NCBI GenBank assembly: GCA_963705355.1
Contig: OY970070.1
Location: 287,741-351,740, forward strand
From: an uncultured Thermoplasmata archaeon
Lineage (GTDB): Archaea; Thermoplasmatota; Thermoplasmata; UBA10834
Direction of reading: 5' to 3'
DNA: 64,000 nt
A program made the position numbers and the translations under genes. Every line of letters begins with the position of its first letter. The first letter of the stretch is position 1. Of the stretch, positions 1-8,923 are shown piece by piece. The notes below the pieces were generated by a model. The model was not told the origin of the DNA. It ran no database searches and worked only from the letters and a program-made list of their open reading frames with translations.

Positions 1-733
1 GTCCTTTCCCTACAACGAGCAGTCTCAGGTCGGGCTCCTTCGGCGCGAGCTCCACCATCGCCTTCAGTACTATGTCAAGCTGCTTCTCCTTCGAGAGACG
101 TCCGACGTGCAACAAAACTCGCTTGCCGCCAAGCCCGAACCGATCCAGGAATTTCTTGTCGTACTTCTCAGGCGAGAATCTCGAGCAATCCACGCCTGTC
201 GGCACGACTTCGCAGGATTTCATCACTACTCTGTTGTCAGCAAGCTCCTCCTTTGTCGGAGCCGACGGGACGACTACTACTTCGGGCCTTTTGAGGAGAT
301 TCCTCAGATAGACCCAGACTAGTTTGTCCAAGATGTCCTTACGAATCGGAAGAGGTGAATGATACTTCACTGCCTCATTGGCCATTGTGTGGAAGGTCAG
401 CACATGTGGCACTTTGAGAGCTCTCGCCGCCGTGAGACTCAGAATGGCCATGGATGCGAGACCGTGCGAGTGTATGACATCGACCTTCTCCTTCCGCAGG
501 TGCTCCAGCATGTCTGACGGGGAGACGACTATCCTGTATCCAGGGTAGGGCTTGAATTCTATCGACGGCAGGTAGTGAACTGGCCGGGTCGAATCGACCC
601 TCTGATTGGAATCAGGCGCGAGGACGATGACTTCATGGCCCCTCTTCTCGAGACCATGGGCTGCGAGTTCCATCGCCACGACAGCTCCGTCCACCGTTGG
701 ATGAAAGGAGTCCGCGAACATCGCGATCTTCAA
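1..733 (-). CDS. GT4-family glycosyltransferase, partial (3' end runs off the window start); N-terminus MKIAMFADSFHPTVDGAV...
   Basis: Reverse-strand translation gives a GT4-like N-terminal domain (MFADSFHPTVDGAVVAMELAAHGLEKRGHEV...). The ORF is absent from the track because it is truncated at the window edge. Start is TTG 733 or ATG 721, with a GGTGA-like RBS upstream. Confidence 0.55.
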   Translation of the reverse strand, partial: MKIAMFADSFHPTVDGAVVAMELAAHGLEKRGHEVIVLAPDSNQRVDSTRPVHYLPSIEFKPYPGYRIVVSPSDMLEHLRKEKVDVIHSHGLASMAILSLTAARALKVPHVLTFHTMANEAVKYHSPLPIRKDILDKLVWVYLRNLLKRPEVVVVPSAPTKEELADNRVVMKSCEVVPTGVDCSRFSPEKYDKKFLDRFGLGGKRVLLHVGRLSKEKQLDIVLKAMVELAPKEPDLRLLVVGKG

Positions 734-737
734 TTGT

Positions 738-2063
738 TCACCTTGAGGACCGATTTGATTTGATTTTCTTGAGCTTAGAGATCACATCTTCGGGCGACTC
801 ACCTAACAACCTTATCATCGGTTCCTTTCCCACGCCGCCTTCATCGTATATGACATCGGGCGTCCCGCCGAATGCCTGGATCGCCTTGTGAACGCCCCAC
901 GTCATGGAAGATACGCCCTTGGGCTCCCTGGCTCTGTCAAATGTGGAAACTGACATTCCGGCCTTCCTACACGCTGTCAGGTTCTCCTTGGAATACTTCA
1001 TGTTGAGCGCGCATCTGGTGTCGGGGTCTTGTGAGGAGGCTGCCAGGATGATTCTCGCGATGTGCTTCGACGCCCCGAACCTGGCAGAGCCAACCTTTCT
1101 CGCGCCTGAGCCGACGCGCACTATTCGACCATCAAAGGCGGCGACCTCGTTAGGCTCCAGGGCTCCGAGAACCGCATAGCCCATGTTCGTTCCAACCTCT
1201 GGCAGGAGATTGGCATCCATGATTCGTTCCAGCTGCCGACCCACGTTCTCAAGCTCTTCCAACATGGCTGTCTTTCCGGCCTCGATCCTCAGCACTGCGA
1301 GCGGATTTGCACAGGGCACGCCTATCCCAACCTTCTCCCTTGCCAGGATCGCTTTGTATACCATTCCTTTGGACTTCCTGACCGCCTCCTCGAGTCCGTA
1401 TCCAAGGGCGACATGACCTGCTATGAGAGATGCGAATGCGCATCCCGTGCCATGGACTTCAGCCCGGACCCTTGGAGAGGATATCTTCGTTATCTTGTCT
1501 CCCACGAAGAGATAGTCCGCAGCCTCTTCTCCCTTGAGATGTCCTCCCTTCAACAACACTGCCTTTGGTCCGAACTCGAGGATCTCTCGCCCCGCTGTCT
1601 TTGCGGACCTCACGTCCATGACTTTCACTCCGGATAGTCTCGTAGCTTCGCCGAGATTGGGCGTAACCAAGTCGGTTATCGGCAAGAGCTTTGTGACCAG
1701 GGCCTCGACGAAGCCCTCTGCGTGGAGCGAGCTTCCGGTCGTGGCTGCCATGACGGGATCCACGATCAGAGGGCAGGTTATCTGCTTCAGCTTCGAAGCC
1801 ACGATCTTGACTATCTCGGCACTGTAGAGCATCCCCGTCTTCACGGCGTCAAGCTTGACGTCCTCAAGAACAGATTCGAGCTGACTCGCGACATGGGAAG
1901 GGGGAACGGGGAAGATGGAAGCCACTCTCTTAGTGTTCTGTGAAGTGACGCAGGTGACAACGGAGCAACCGTGAACGCCGACGGCTTCGAACGCCTTCAA
2001 GTCGGCCTGCAGCCCCGCACCCCCCACCGAATCAGAACCAGCGATTGTGAGAGCGTTTGGCAT
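738..2063 (-). CDS. thiDN: Bifunctional hydroxymethylpyrimidine/phosphomethylpyrimidine kinase plus thiamine-phosphate synthase ThiN (archaeal ThiDN fusion)
   Basis: N-terminal ThiD kinase motifs (TIAGSDSVGGAGLQADLK, GCSVVT) and a C-terminal ThiN domain. This fusion is typical of archaea. Confidence 0.85.
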   Translation of the reverse strand: MPNALTIAGSDSVGGAGLQADLKAFEAVGVHGCSVVTCVTSQNTKRVASIFPVPPSHVASQLESVLEDVKLDAVKTGMLYSAEIVKIVASKLKQITCPLIVDPVMAATTGSSLHAEGFVEALVTKLLPITDLVTPNLGEATRLSGVKVMDVRSAKTAGREILEFGPKAVLLKGGHLKGEEAADYLFVGDKITKISSPRVRAEVHGTGCAFASLIAGHVALGYGLEEAVRKSKGMVYKAILAREKVGIGVPCANPLAVLRIEAGKTAMLEELENVGRQLERIMDANLLPEVGTNMGYAVLGALEPNEVAAFDGRIVRVGSGARKVGSARFGASKHIARIILAASSQDPDTRCALNMKYSKENLTACRKAGMSVSTFDRAREPKGVSSMTWGVHKAIQAFGGTPDVIYDEGGVGKEPMIRLLGESPEDVISKLKKIKSNRSSR

Positions 2064-2133
2064 TGTTCACATCATGGACAACTGTCGATAAATGACTTGT
2101 GCCATTCATCTTCATCCGGCGCCACTGGCATTA

Positions 2134-2141
2134 CTGTTAAA
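2134..2141 (+). promoter_or_regulatory. TATA-like box (TTAAATAC) ~30 nt upstream of ATG 2170; probable leaderless promoter
   Basis: An AT-rich octamer in a GC-rich intergenic region. The spacing matches an archaeal TATA-to-start distance. Confidence 0.35.
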
Positions 2142-2169
2142 TACGCGTGAGCCAATCAGAACGGCCACA

Positions 2170-2544
2170 ATGAAAGCTGAGACGGGCCACATCATTTTCA
2201 AGGACAAGTTCAAGTACAAGGATCTTCAGGACGTTTTCGAGGAGATTCTGGTCGCGTTCCTCGACGAAACGGACCAGATGCCGGACGAAGATGAGATACT
2301 CCAGATGTTCCTCGGAATCAACATGATGGACATCGAGAAGAATCGCAAGCCTGAGGGCTACAATCGAAGGGGCAGGATGAGGCTCGTGTTCCCTCTCTCC
2401 CAGGGGAAGAAGCAGTTCTATGTTCGAGCGGACTCGAAGACCGCGGAGACCATCAGGATAACCGAGCGTCTGAGCAAGATACTCAAGAAGGGTGGCATCC
2501 CGCACACCGTGGATTGGGACAAGCTTCAGGCGATCCAGCAGTGA
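2170..2544 (+). CDS. Hypothetical protein (~125 aa)
   Basis: Track ORF 2092..2544 trimmed to the internal ATG that follows the TATA-like box. No recognisable motif. Confidence 0.4.
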   Translation: MKAETGHIIFKDKFKYKDLQDVFEEILVAFLDETDQMPDEDEILQMFLGINMMDIEKNRKPEGYNRRGRMRLVFPLSQGKKQFYVRADSKTAETIRITERLSKILKKGGIPHTVDWDKLQAIQQ

Positions 2545-2585
2545 CTTGTCGCTAGCCGGGACCGTACACTGCCCACAGAGGAACG

Positions 2586-4625
2586 ATGACCGAGGCGGAT
2601 TTGAGGGCGCGCATCAAGGAGGCCGTCGATGACAGGTCCACTCTCGATGGAATGAGGAAGTCCTTCAGGACCATATCGGCAAGGCAGAAGGAGAACGCTT
2701 CTAGGATTCCCGATCTTGAATCGCGCAAAGAGAGGCTTCGCAAGACGAAGGAGTTCTCAGTGGGTAATGAGGATTTATTCACATCGACCATCGCAGTTCT
2801 TCGAGACAACGGATTCAGGGTCGTGTTGGCGAAGACTGCTGAGGCGGCCATTAGGACGGTCAGGGACGAGCTCAAGGGATACAGTCTCGTCGTCAAATCC
2901 AAGTCAAACGTCACGAAGGAGCTACACCTCGCGGAGCGCCTCGAAAAGGAGGGCATCACAGTCATCGAGACTGACCTGGGAGACAGAATAGTCCAGCTCC
3001 AGGGATGTGCCCCCGTTCATCCGACTGGCCCTGCTTGCCATCTGACGAGAAAGCAGATCTCAAAACTGTTCTCCAAGCACTTCGGGAAAAACGTGTCAGA
3101 GGACCCGATGGAGCTTACGGAAGCCATGAGGAAGGAGATCGCCTCGTACCTCTCCGAAGCGAAGGTGGGGATCACCGGGGCAAACGCGATAGCCGCGTGT
3201 GAAGGTGCTGTCGTGATCGTTCACAACGAGGGGAATGCAGCCAAGTGCGCCATGTTGCCTGACAAGCACATCATCATCACCACTCCGGAGAAAATCGTAC
3301 CCGACCTCGATGACGCCGTCAATGTGACGAAACTCCAGACCTACCTTTCCACTGGGAAGATCGTGAGCTCGTACATCAACATCATAACTGGCCCGAGCTA
3401 CACCTCCGATATCGAGAAGCAGGTGTACAAAGGGATGCACGGACCAAAAGACGTGGTGATCATTTTCGTCGACGATGGCCGGCTCGAAGCTGCGGACAAG
3501 GAGGCGCAGTACTGCATAGGCTGCGGGATGTGTCTGTTGCATTGCCCGACCTACAACGTGGTCGGGCCGGTGTTCGGCGGCTCGGGTCACATGGGTGGAA
3601 TCGGCGCATACCTCGAGGGCTCTAGGGGGAAGGTCGATGAATCCTTGAAAAGTGGACTGTACTTGTGCACTTCGTGCGGGGCTTGCATCGAGGTCTGCCC
3701 TACGCGGGTTGATACCAAAAAGGGAATAATGGATATAAGATCTCGCGCGAGAATGCTCAAAAAGGGTGAAGTGCCTGAACGGTCTGCGTTGGTCGCCAGC
3801 GTAAGAAACTACGACAATCCCTGGCAGGTTCCGAGGACCAAGAAGTCAAAGTGGGCTGAAGGGCTCGGGCTCAAAGCAGAAGGAAAAGTATTGTATTTCG
3901 CTGGCTGTTCCACATCTCTGCTGTTTCCAGAATCAGCCATGCGCGTCGTTCGAATCATGAGAGCTCTGGGCGCAGAGCCAGCATATCTTGGCCAGGACGA
4001 GAAGTGCTGTGGATCAACCCTTCGGAAGCTGGGTGAAGAAGAGTTGGCGCGGTCGAAGGCAGAAGCCTGCTTCGAGGATTTCAAGAAGACGGGGGCGAAG
4101 CTCGTCGTCACCTCGTGTCCTGGCTGCTCGTCTGCGCTCAATCACTATCCGGGCCTCTTGGAAGCTTCTGGTGTCAGGGTCCAGCACATCTCTCAGTTCC
4201 TCGATGAGAATCTGTCAGAGGCCACATGTTCGCCTTCAAGAGACCTCGGGGACGTTACATTCCACGACCCTTGCGACCTCGGCCGAGCACAGGGAGTGTA
4301 CGAAGAGCCACGACGAGTGCTGGCGAAGATCCTTGGGCGCAATCCAATTGAGATGGAGTTGTCGAAGAAGAACAGTGCGTGCTGTGGTTCTGGCTCCGGT
4401 GTGAAGTCGGTTTATCCCGATCTCGCCAAGGCAATCGGTCAAGACAGGATAGCGATGGCGAAGGCCGCCGGCGCGAGCGTGATTGTCACCTCGTGTCCCT
4501 GGTGCGAACAGAACCTGAGGGACTCGCAATGCGACAGCCCGGAGATTGCGGTGATGGACCTCGTCGAAGTTGTGGAGAAGTCGCTGGCGGAGAACGCTCT
4601 GAAAAGGTCAACAACGCGGGGCTGA
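2586..4625 (+). CDS. LUD (DUF162) domain fused to a 2x[4Fe-4S] ferredoxin module and two CCG domains; Lut/Lld-like or heterodisulfide-reductase-D-like iron-sulfur oxidoreductase
   Basis: Motifs CIGCGMCLLHCP and CTSCGACIEVCP (4Fe-4S). Cys-rich CCG-type motifs (EKCCGS, SACCGSGSG, TSCPGCS, TSCPWCE). N-terminal LUD-type region. Confidence 0.7.
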   Translation: MTEADLRARIKEAVDDRSTLDGMRKSFRTISARQKENASRIPDLESRKERLRKTKEFSVGNEDLFTSTIAVLRDNGFRVVLAKTAEAAIRTVRDELKGYSLVVKSKSNVTKELHLAERLEKEGITVIETDLGDRIVQLQGCAPVHPTGPACHLTRKQISKLFSKHFGKNVSEDPMELTEAMRKEIASYLSEAKVGITGANAIAACEGAVVIVHNEGNAAKCAMLPDKHIIITTPEKIVPDLDDAVNVTKLQTYLSTGKIVSSYINIITGPSYTSDIEKQVYKGMHGPKDVVIIFVDDGRLEAADKEAQYCIGCGMCLLHCPTYNVVGPVFGGSGHMGGIGAYLEGSRGKVDESLKSGLYLCTSCGACIEVCPTRVDTKKGIMDIRSRARMLKKGEVPERSALVASVRNYDNPWQVPRTKKSKWAEGLGLKAEGKVLYFAGCSTSLLFPESAMRVVRIMRALGAEPAYLGQDEKCCGSTLRKLGEEELARSKAEACFEDFKKTGAKLVVTSCPGCSSALNHYPGLLEASGVRVQHISQFLDENLSEATCSPSRDLGDVTFHDPCDLGRAQGVYEEPRRVLAKILGRNPIEMELSKKNSACCGSGSGVKSVYPDLAKAIGQDRIAMAKAAGASVIVTSCPWCEQNLRDSQCDSPEIAVMDLVEVVEKSLAENALKRSTTRG

Positions 4626-4632
4626 TTCATCC

Positions 4633-5193
4633 TTAGTTCCTACGAAGAAGATGTTCTCCGACCGTCGTGTAAGTTGGGCCTTTGGGGCTGAGCACGCTCT
4701 TTTTGAGGATAATTCTGTCGACTTCGTACTCCCCGTAGTCCGACGCTGCATTTGCCCTCAGCATCTCCTGCACGTTGATTATGTTCTTCGAACTCCTGGT
4801 TCTTGCCAGAGTGAGATGAGGGACGAAGCCCTTCGTATCCCTCACGAACCCAAGGTCCGCCATCGAGCTGTCCAGCCTGTCTGCAATTTGCGTCAGGACT
4901 GCCCCGTCTTCGATTCCGACCCACACGACGCGGATGTTCGACATCGACGGGAAGGCACCCATCCCTTTCATACGTATGGTGAAAGGTTCAAAACCATCCG
5001 AGGCGGCTCCGATCCTGGCCATGATGTCATCGATGAGCGCCTCATCGGCATCGCCCAGGAATTTCAGAGTGAGGTGGAGCAAGTCGGTCTTGACGATCTT
5101 GAGATCAGCCCGCGACCGCTGCAGCTCGCTCACTGCGGAGACAAGCATATCACTCGGTTGAATGTCCACTGAGATGAACGCCCTGAATTTCAC
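4633..5193 (-). CDS. thpR: RNA 2',3'-cyclic phosphodiesterase / 2'-5' RNA ligase family (ThpR/LigT)
   Basis: Two H-x-T-x motifs (HLTLKFLG and HLTLAR) at the typical spacing, in a ~186 aa protein. Confidence 0.75.
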   Translation of the reverse strand: MKFRAFISVDIQPSDMLVSAVSELQRSRADLKIVKTDLLHLTLKFLGDADEALIDDIMARIGAASDGFEPFTIRMKGMGAFPSMSNIRVVWVGIEDGAVLTQIADRLDSSMADLGFVRDTKGFVPHLTLARTRSSKNIINVQEMLRANAASDYGEYEVDRIILKKSVLSPKGPTYTTVGEHLLRRN

Positions 5194-5261
5194 AGGTACC
5201 GGATGGGCTACTCATTCTCATATGCCTTACACTGAGAGCACGCCTTGCGTTCATCGCGCCA

Positions 5262-6044
5262 CTATCCATAACGAGGCTGTTGCTTGTCGAGATACCTGAT
5301 TTTCGACCTCACGATGGAGATGCCCACAACAGCTATCGCGAAAGCCGCCACGAGGCCAATCAAATAGGCCGAGGGTCCGAGCTTCGATTCCGACAGCGAA
5401 CCGAAAGACGCAGCCAGGTTGAAGATTCCATGCATCGCCACCCCCGCAAGATAGTAGGGGAACCAGCTCTTTCCTTGGCGGGTGCTTCTGGCTATGCCGA
5501 GTCCGATTACGGAAGTCGTGCTCGCATGGAGCAACGCAGAGGACAAGCTCCTGATGATTGTAGTCGCGATGAACGCCTTTGCGCCGTCCGAGAAATAGGC
5601 GTTGCCCTCGTACAAGAGGTTCTCAGTGGCTGCGAATCCGAGACCAGCTGCTGCGCCGAACACGATGCCATCCTCGAGTTCTGCGATGAACCTCCTGTTC
5701 CTCAACACGCCTATCGATTTGGTGAACTCCTCTGCGAAAGGCGCAATGATCACAGCCAGCAGAAGGGACCCGAGATTCGGATTGTGACCCAGTATATCCG
5801 TGACTCTCTCGAAGTTCATGTTCAGGAGGGCGATCAGGACAGCTTCTATGACCACGGCAATGATTACCGATATGACCGCACCATAGGCGAATATCCTCAG
5901 GAGTCTGGAATACGGTTCACGGCCGTATCTCTCAGTATTCCTGATCCACACGAGGTATACGAGCGAAGGGACAAAGGCTGCAGCTAAGAGAACTAAGACA
6001 TCTGTGAACTGCAGGGCCATCCGGTCACTCATGGGCTGGAGCAA
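5262..6044 (-). CDS. PrsW-family intramembrane metalloprotease
   Basis: Polytopic membrane protein with the PrsW motifs EEFTK, ATENL and HGIFN. Confidence 0.7.
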   Translation of the reverse strand: MLQPMSDRMALQFTDVLVLLAAAFVPSLVYLVWIRNTERYGREPYSRLLRIFAYGAVISVIIAVVIEAVLIALLNMNFERVTDILGHNPNLGSLLLAVIIAPFAEEFTKSIGVLRNRRFIAELEDGIVFGAAAGLGFAATENLLYEGNAYFSDGAKAFIATTIIRSLSSALLHASTTSVIGLGIARSTRQGKSWFPYYLAGVAMHGIFNLAASFGSLSESKLGPSAYLIGLVAAFAIAVVGISIVRSKIRYLDKQQPRYG

Positions 6045-6161
6045 TCGTTCGGTATATCAAACTTGGCGGATGGAGATGGGAACTATCGGAAAAATGAGAA
6101 TTGGTCGACCCTTTGCAGGGGCATTAGGGTCTGTTGCCGAAGGGTGAATCCTCAAGGCGTC

Positions 6162-6341
6162 CTACTTCTTCTCTTCGACAGAGATCGCATTGTTCGGGCA
6201 TTCGTCGACGCATGCCGCACAGTCAAGGCACTTCTTTTCGTCCACGACCGCAACGTCTTCAACCGTGATGGCTCCTTCTGGACAGATATCCACGCAGGCA
6301 CCGCAAGCGACGCATTCGTCCTTGTTGATCTTTGCTGGCAT
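6162..6341 (-). CDS. 2x[4Fe-4S] ferredoxin (59 aa), not in the ORF track
   Basis: Reverse translation: [59 protein letters not shown]. Two canonical CxxCxxCxxxCP motifs. GGAGGT RBS 7 nt upstream of the ATG. Confidence 0.8.
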   Translation of the reverse strand: MPAKINKDECVACGACVDICPEGAITVEDVAVVDEKKCLDCAACVDECPNNAISVEEKK

Positions 6342-6549
6342 CCGAATACCTCCAAGTCCTTGGGCTCAGGAATTCCTCCCCAGATATAAACGTTCCCGAC
6401 CCAATGGCATATTGCGTTATTTTTAGGCTTAGGACACCATAAATCTCTGGACGGGAGCGTTTTGTCGCTTCCCGCGAAACGAGGTCTGAAATCCTTCATT
6501 CTATTGGCAAATTATTAGAAAGAAGTATTCCATGGAGCAAGGAGTGGTG

Positions 6550-7641
6550 ATGAAAGAGACCCTCGTGGGCAGATGGCTCCTGACGTATGATGGAGCAGTC
6601 AAGGGATTCCTCAGAATCGAGGAGGATACGGTGAGTGAGGTTTGTCTGGGCGAACCTCCATCCAGATCGTCCAAGACGATCATACTTCCGTCCTTCGTGA
6701 ACGCGCATACGCACATCGGCGACGCAGTGGCTTTCCCAGCACCCAAAGGTTCAATAGACGAGCTTGTGGGCCCTGATGGCTACAAGCACAGAGCGTTGCG
6801 TTCCACGCCAAGAGAGTCGAGGATTGCCGCCATGAACAAGGCGGCCAGATTCATGGCCTCGACGGGCACCTCATTATTCGTCGATTTCCGAGAGGGCGGG
6901 CTCGAGGGCCTCAGGGAACTATCCGAGGCGCTCGGGGAAAACTGCCTGAAGGCGGTTGTCCTGGGCAGACCGTTGGGTCTTGAGATCACAGAACGCGAAG
7001 TCAGGTCCATGCTCGATACATGCGACGGCATCGGCTTGAGCGCTTATCGAGACTGGCCAGCGGACTTCGTCAAGATCATCTCGAGGGCAGTGACATCCAG
7101 ACGGAAGATGTTCGCTCTCCATGCCAGCGAGGCGGTCCACGAGGACATCGACCCGATCCTGGACCTGAAACCATCCTTCCTCGTTCACATGACATCTGCT
7201 CGTGAGACTGATATGGCCGCTTGCGCGAGCGAGAGGGTCCCGATAGTAGTTTGTCCGCGCTCCAACGAGTTCTTCGGTCTCTGCCCTGAGATTCCACAGA
7301 TGCTCAGGTTGGGTATCACTTTGGGCCTCGGGACAGACAATTGCATGATCTCGAAGCCGGATGTTATTGAAGAGCTGAAGGCCGCTTTCAGGATGAGCAA
7401 GAAGAAGGGGGGAATATCCCCCCTGGAAGCGGTTCGGATGGCGACATTCTGCGGGCGCAAAGTCTTAAGTGCGACGGGGAATATAGCTACGGAAATCGGC
7501 ATCAAGGACGATCTGACAGTCATGAGGGTGGGCGGAGAAGACCCGTTGCACGATCTTGTGACTGCTGGAAGTTCTGAAAACATCCAGGTGATCATCCGCG
7601 GAGGAAAGGTGCGGTGGAGGTCTGAGACTTGGACGAAATAA
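6550..7641 (+). CDS. Amidohydrolase-superfamily protein (chlorohydrolase / nucleobase-deaminase-like)
   Basis: Metal-binding NAHTH motif near the N-terminus (SFVNAHTHIGD), HASE and D-N motifs. Start chosen at the ATG preceded by a GGAGTGG RBS. Confidence 0.7.
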   Translation: MKETLVGRWLLTYDGAVKGFLRIEEDTVSEVCLGEPPSRSSKTIILPSFVNAHTHIGDAVAFPAPKGSIDELVGPDGYKHRALRSTPRESRIAAMNKAARFMASTGTSLFVDFREGGLEGLRELSEALGENCLKAVVLGRPLGLEITEREVRSMLDTCDGIGLSAYRDWPADFVKIISRAVTSRRKMFALHASEAVHEDIDPILDLKPSFLVHMTSARETDMAACASERVPIVVCPRSNEFFGLCPEIPQMLRLGITLGLGTDNCMISKPDVIEELKAAFRMSKKKGGISPLEAVRMATFCGRKVLSATGNIATEIGIKDDLTVMRVGGEDPLHDLVTAGSSENIQVIIRGGKVRWRSETWTK

Positions 7642-8066
7642 GGAAGATACTCATAGCGACAGACGGTTCTGAGTACACCAAGGAGGCGGTGTCTACCGGC
7701 CTGCATCTCGCGAAGATCCTTGGGGCCGAGGTCACCGCGCTCTATGTCATCGACCAAACATCGTTCGTGAGCTTTCCCATCGATTCCTCCATAGTTAGCG
7801 TGTACTCCCTCCTCGAGAACGAGGGCAAGCGCGCGGTGGATGAGGTGAGAAAAGAGGGCGAGGGGCAAGGGGTCAAAGTGACTCCTGTGGTCGTCGAGGG
7901 CTCTCCGACTAGGAAGATCGTCGAGGTGGCGGCCGACTTCGATCTCGTTGTCATAGGCACCCTGGGTCGGTCCGCCCTGTCGAAGCTGTTCATGGGGAGC
8001 GTCGCGGAGAGGGTTACCAGATACGCACCCTGTCCAGTCCTCGTCGTGAGGAGCAGGAAGAGGTGA
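7629..8066 (+). CDS. Universal stress protein (UspA family)
   Basis: ILIATDGSEYTKEAV...ALYV and C-terminal GSVAERVTRYAPCPVLVV are typical Usp signatures. Confidence 0.75.
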   Translation: MDEIRKILIATDGSEYTKEAVSTGLHLAKILGAEVTALYVIDQTSFVSFPIDSSIVSVYSLLENEGKRAVDEVRKEGEGQGVKVTPVVVEGSPTRKIVEVAADFDLVVIGTLGRSALSKLFMGSVAERVTRYAPCPVLVVRSRKR

Positions 8067-8917
8067 CTCACGACATGAAGGTCCGAGAGGTCATGACCGA
8101 GAATCCGATCATCGCCGAGCTCCCCGGGACCAGGACCGAGGTTCTGAAGAGGCTGGTGAAGAACAACATAACGGGCCTGCCCGTTGTGAAGAGCGATGAC
8201 GGGTCCTTGGCGGGGTTCGTCACCAGGCAGGATATTTTCGCGAAGCCCGACGAGGAGCAGCTCGCCCTCGTAATGAGGCGAGACGTTCCTTCGATAGGCC
8301 CCAATGCAAGCGTCAAGGACGCGGCAAGGGCTCTCGTCGACAACCATCTCAGCCATCTGCCTGTGGTCGATAAAGGAAAGCTCGTGGGCGTGATCACGCC
8401 CACGGATCTGCTGATAGTCGTTGAGAAGGACAACCCGCAGATTGCAGTCGAGGAGATCGTGCGATCACCTTGCATTCCGATTTACAACGGCGCTCCTCTG
8501 TCAGTCGCGCTTGCGACGTTCAGGGGCGCGAAGGTGTATGCATTGCCCGTTCTGGACGACGATGCGAAATTGGTCGGGATAATCACGGACAGAGACATCT
8601 TCAACCAGACAGTGGTTGACAGCTCGGTCGTCATGAGCGACCTGGGAATAGGCGATGACGAGGACAACTGGACCTGGGAGGGCCTCAGAAACGTGATGAA
8701 GCTCTGGTACGAGGTGTCCAGGGTCGACTTGCCGAAGCTGACAGTGAAGGACATCATGATCAAGAACCCGATGACTGTGTTCAGGAAGACTCTAGTTGGG
8801 GACGCCGCTCGCATCATGAGGAAAAACGATTTCGGGCAGCTTCCTGTCAGGGACTCAAAGGACAACCTCGTGGCGATGGTTTATGATATAGATGTGGTAT
8901 CCACGCTCACAAAGTGA
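8063..8917 (+). CDS. CBS-domain protein (four CBS repeats)
   Basis: Repeated ...GLPVV / HLPVVD / ALPVLDDD / QLPVRD segments in CBS-domain pairs. 4-nt overlap with the upstream usp gene. Confidence 0.8.
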   Translation: MTHDMKVREVMTENPIIAELPGTRTEVLKRLVKNNITGLPVVKSDDGSLAGFVTRQDIFAKPDEEQLALVMRRDVPSIGPNASVKDAARALVDNHLSHLPVVDKGKLVGVITPTDLLIVVEKDNPQIAVEEIVRSPCIPIYNGAPLSVALATFRGAKVYALPVLDDDAKLVGIITDRDIFNQTVVDSSVVMSDLGIGDDEDNWTWEGLRNVMKLWYEVSRVDLPKLTVKDIMIKNPMTVFRKTLVGDAARIMRKNDFGQLPVRDSKDNLVAMVYDIDVVSTLTK

Positions 8918-8923
8918 TGCACA

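Noticed and set aside
2092-2169. N-terminal extensions of track ORFs (2092, 20216, 26891, 33139, 30727, 58392, 54507 starts)
   Set aside because: The extended N-termini overlap neighbouring genes or promoter elements and lack a start-codon context. Internal ATG/GTG codons with RBS or TATA spacing give sensible N-termini (signal peptide, family-typical first residues).
6063-6499. Track ORFs 6063-6389(+) and 6152-6499(-) as genes
   Set aside because: Neither has motifs. A different minus-strand frame encodes a perfect 2x[4Fe-4S] ferredoxin (6162-6341) with a GGAGGT RBS, which explains the coding signal here.
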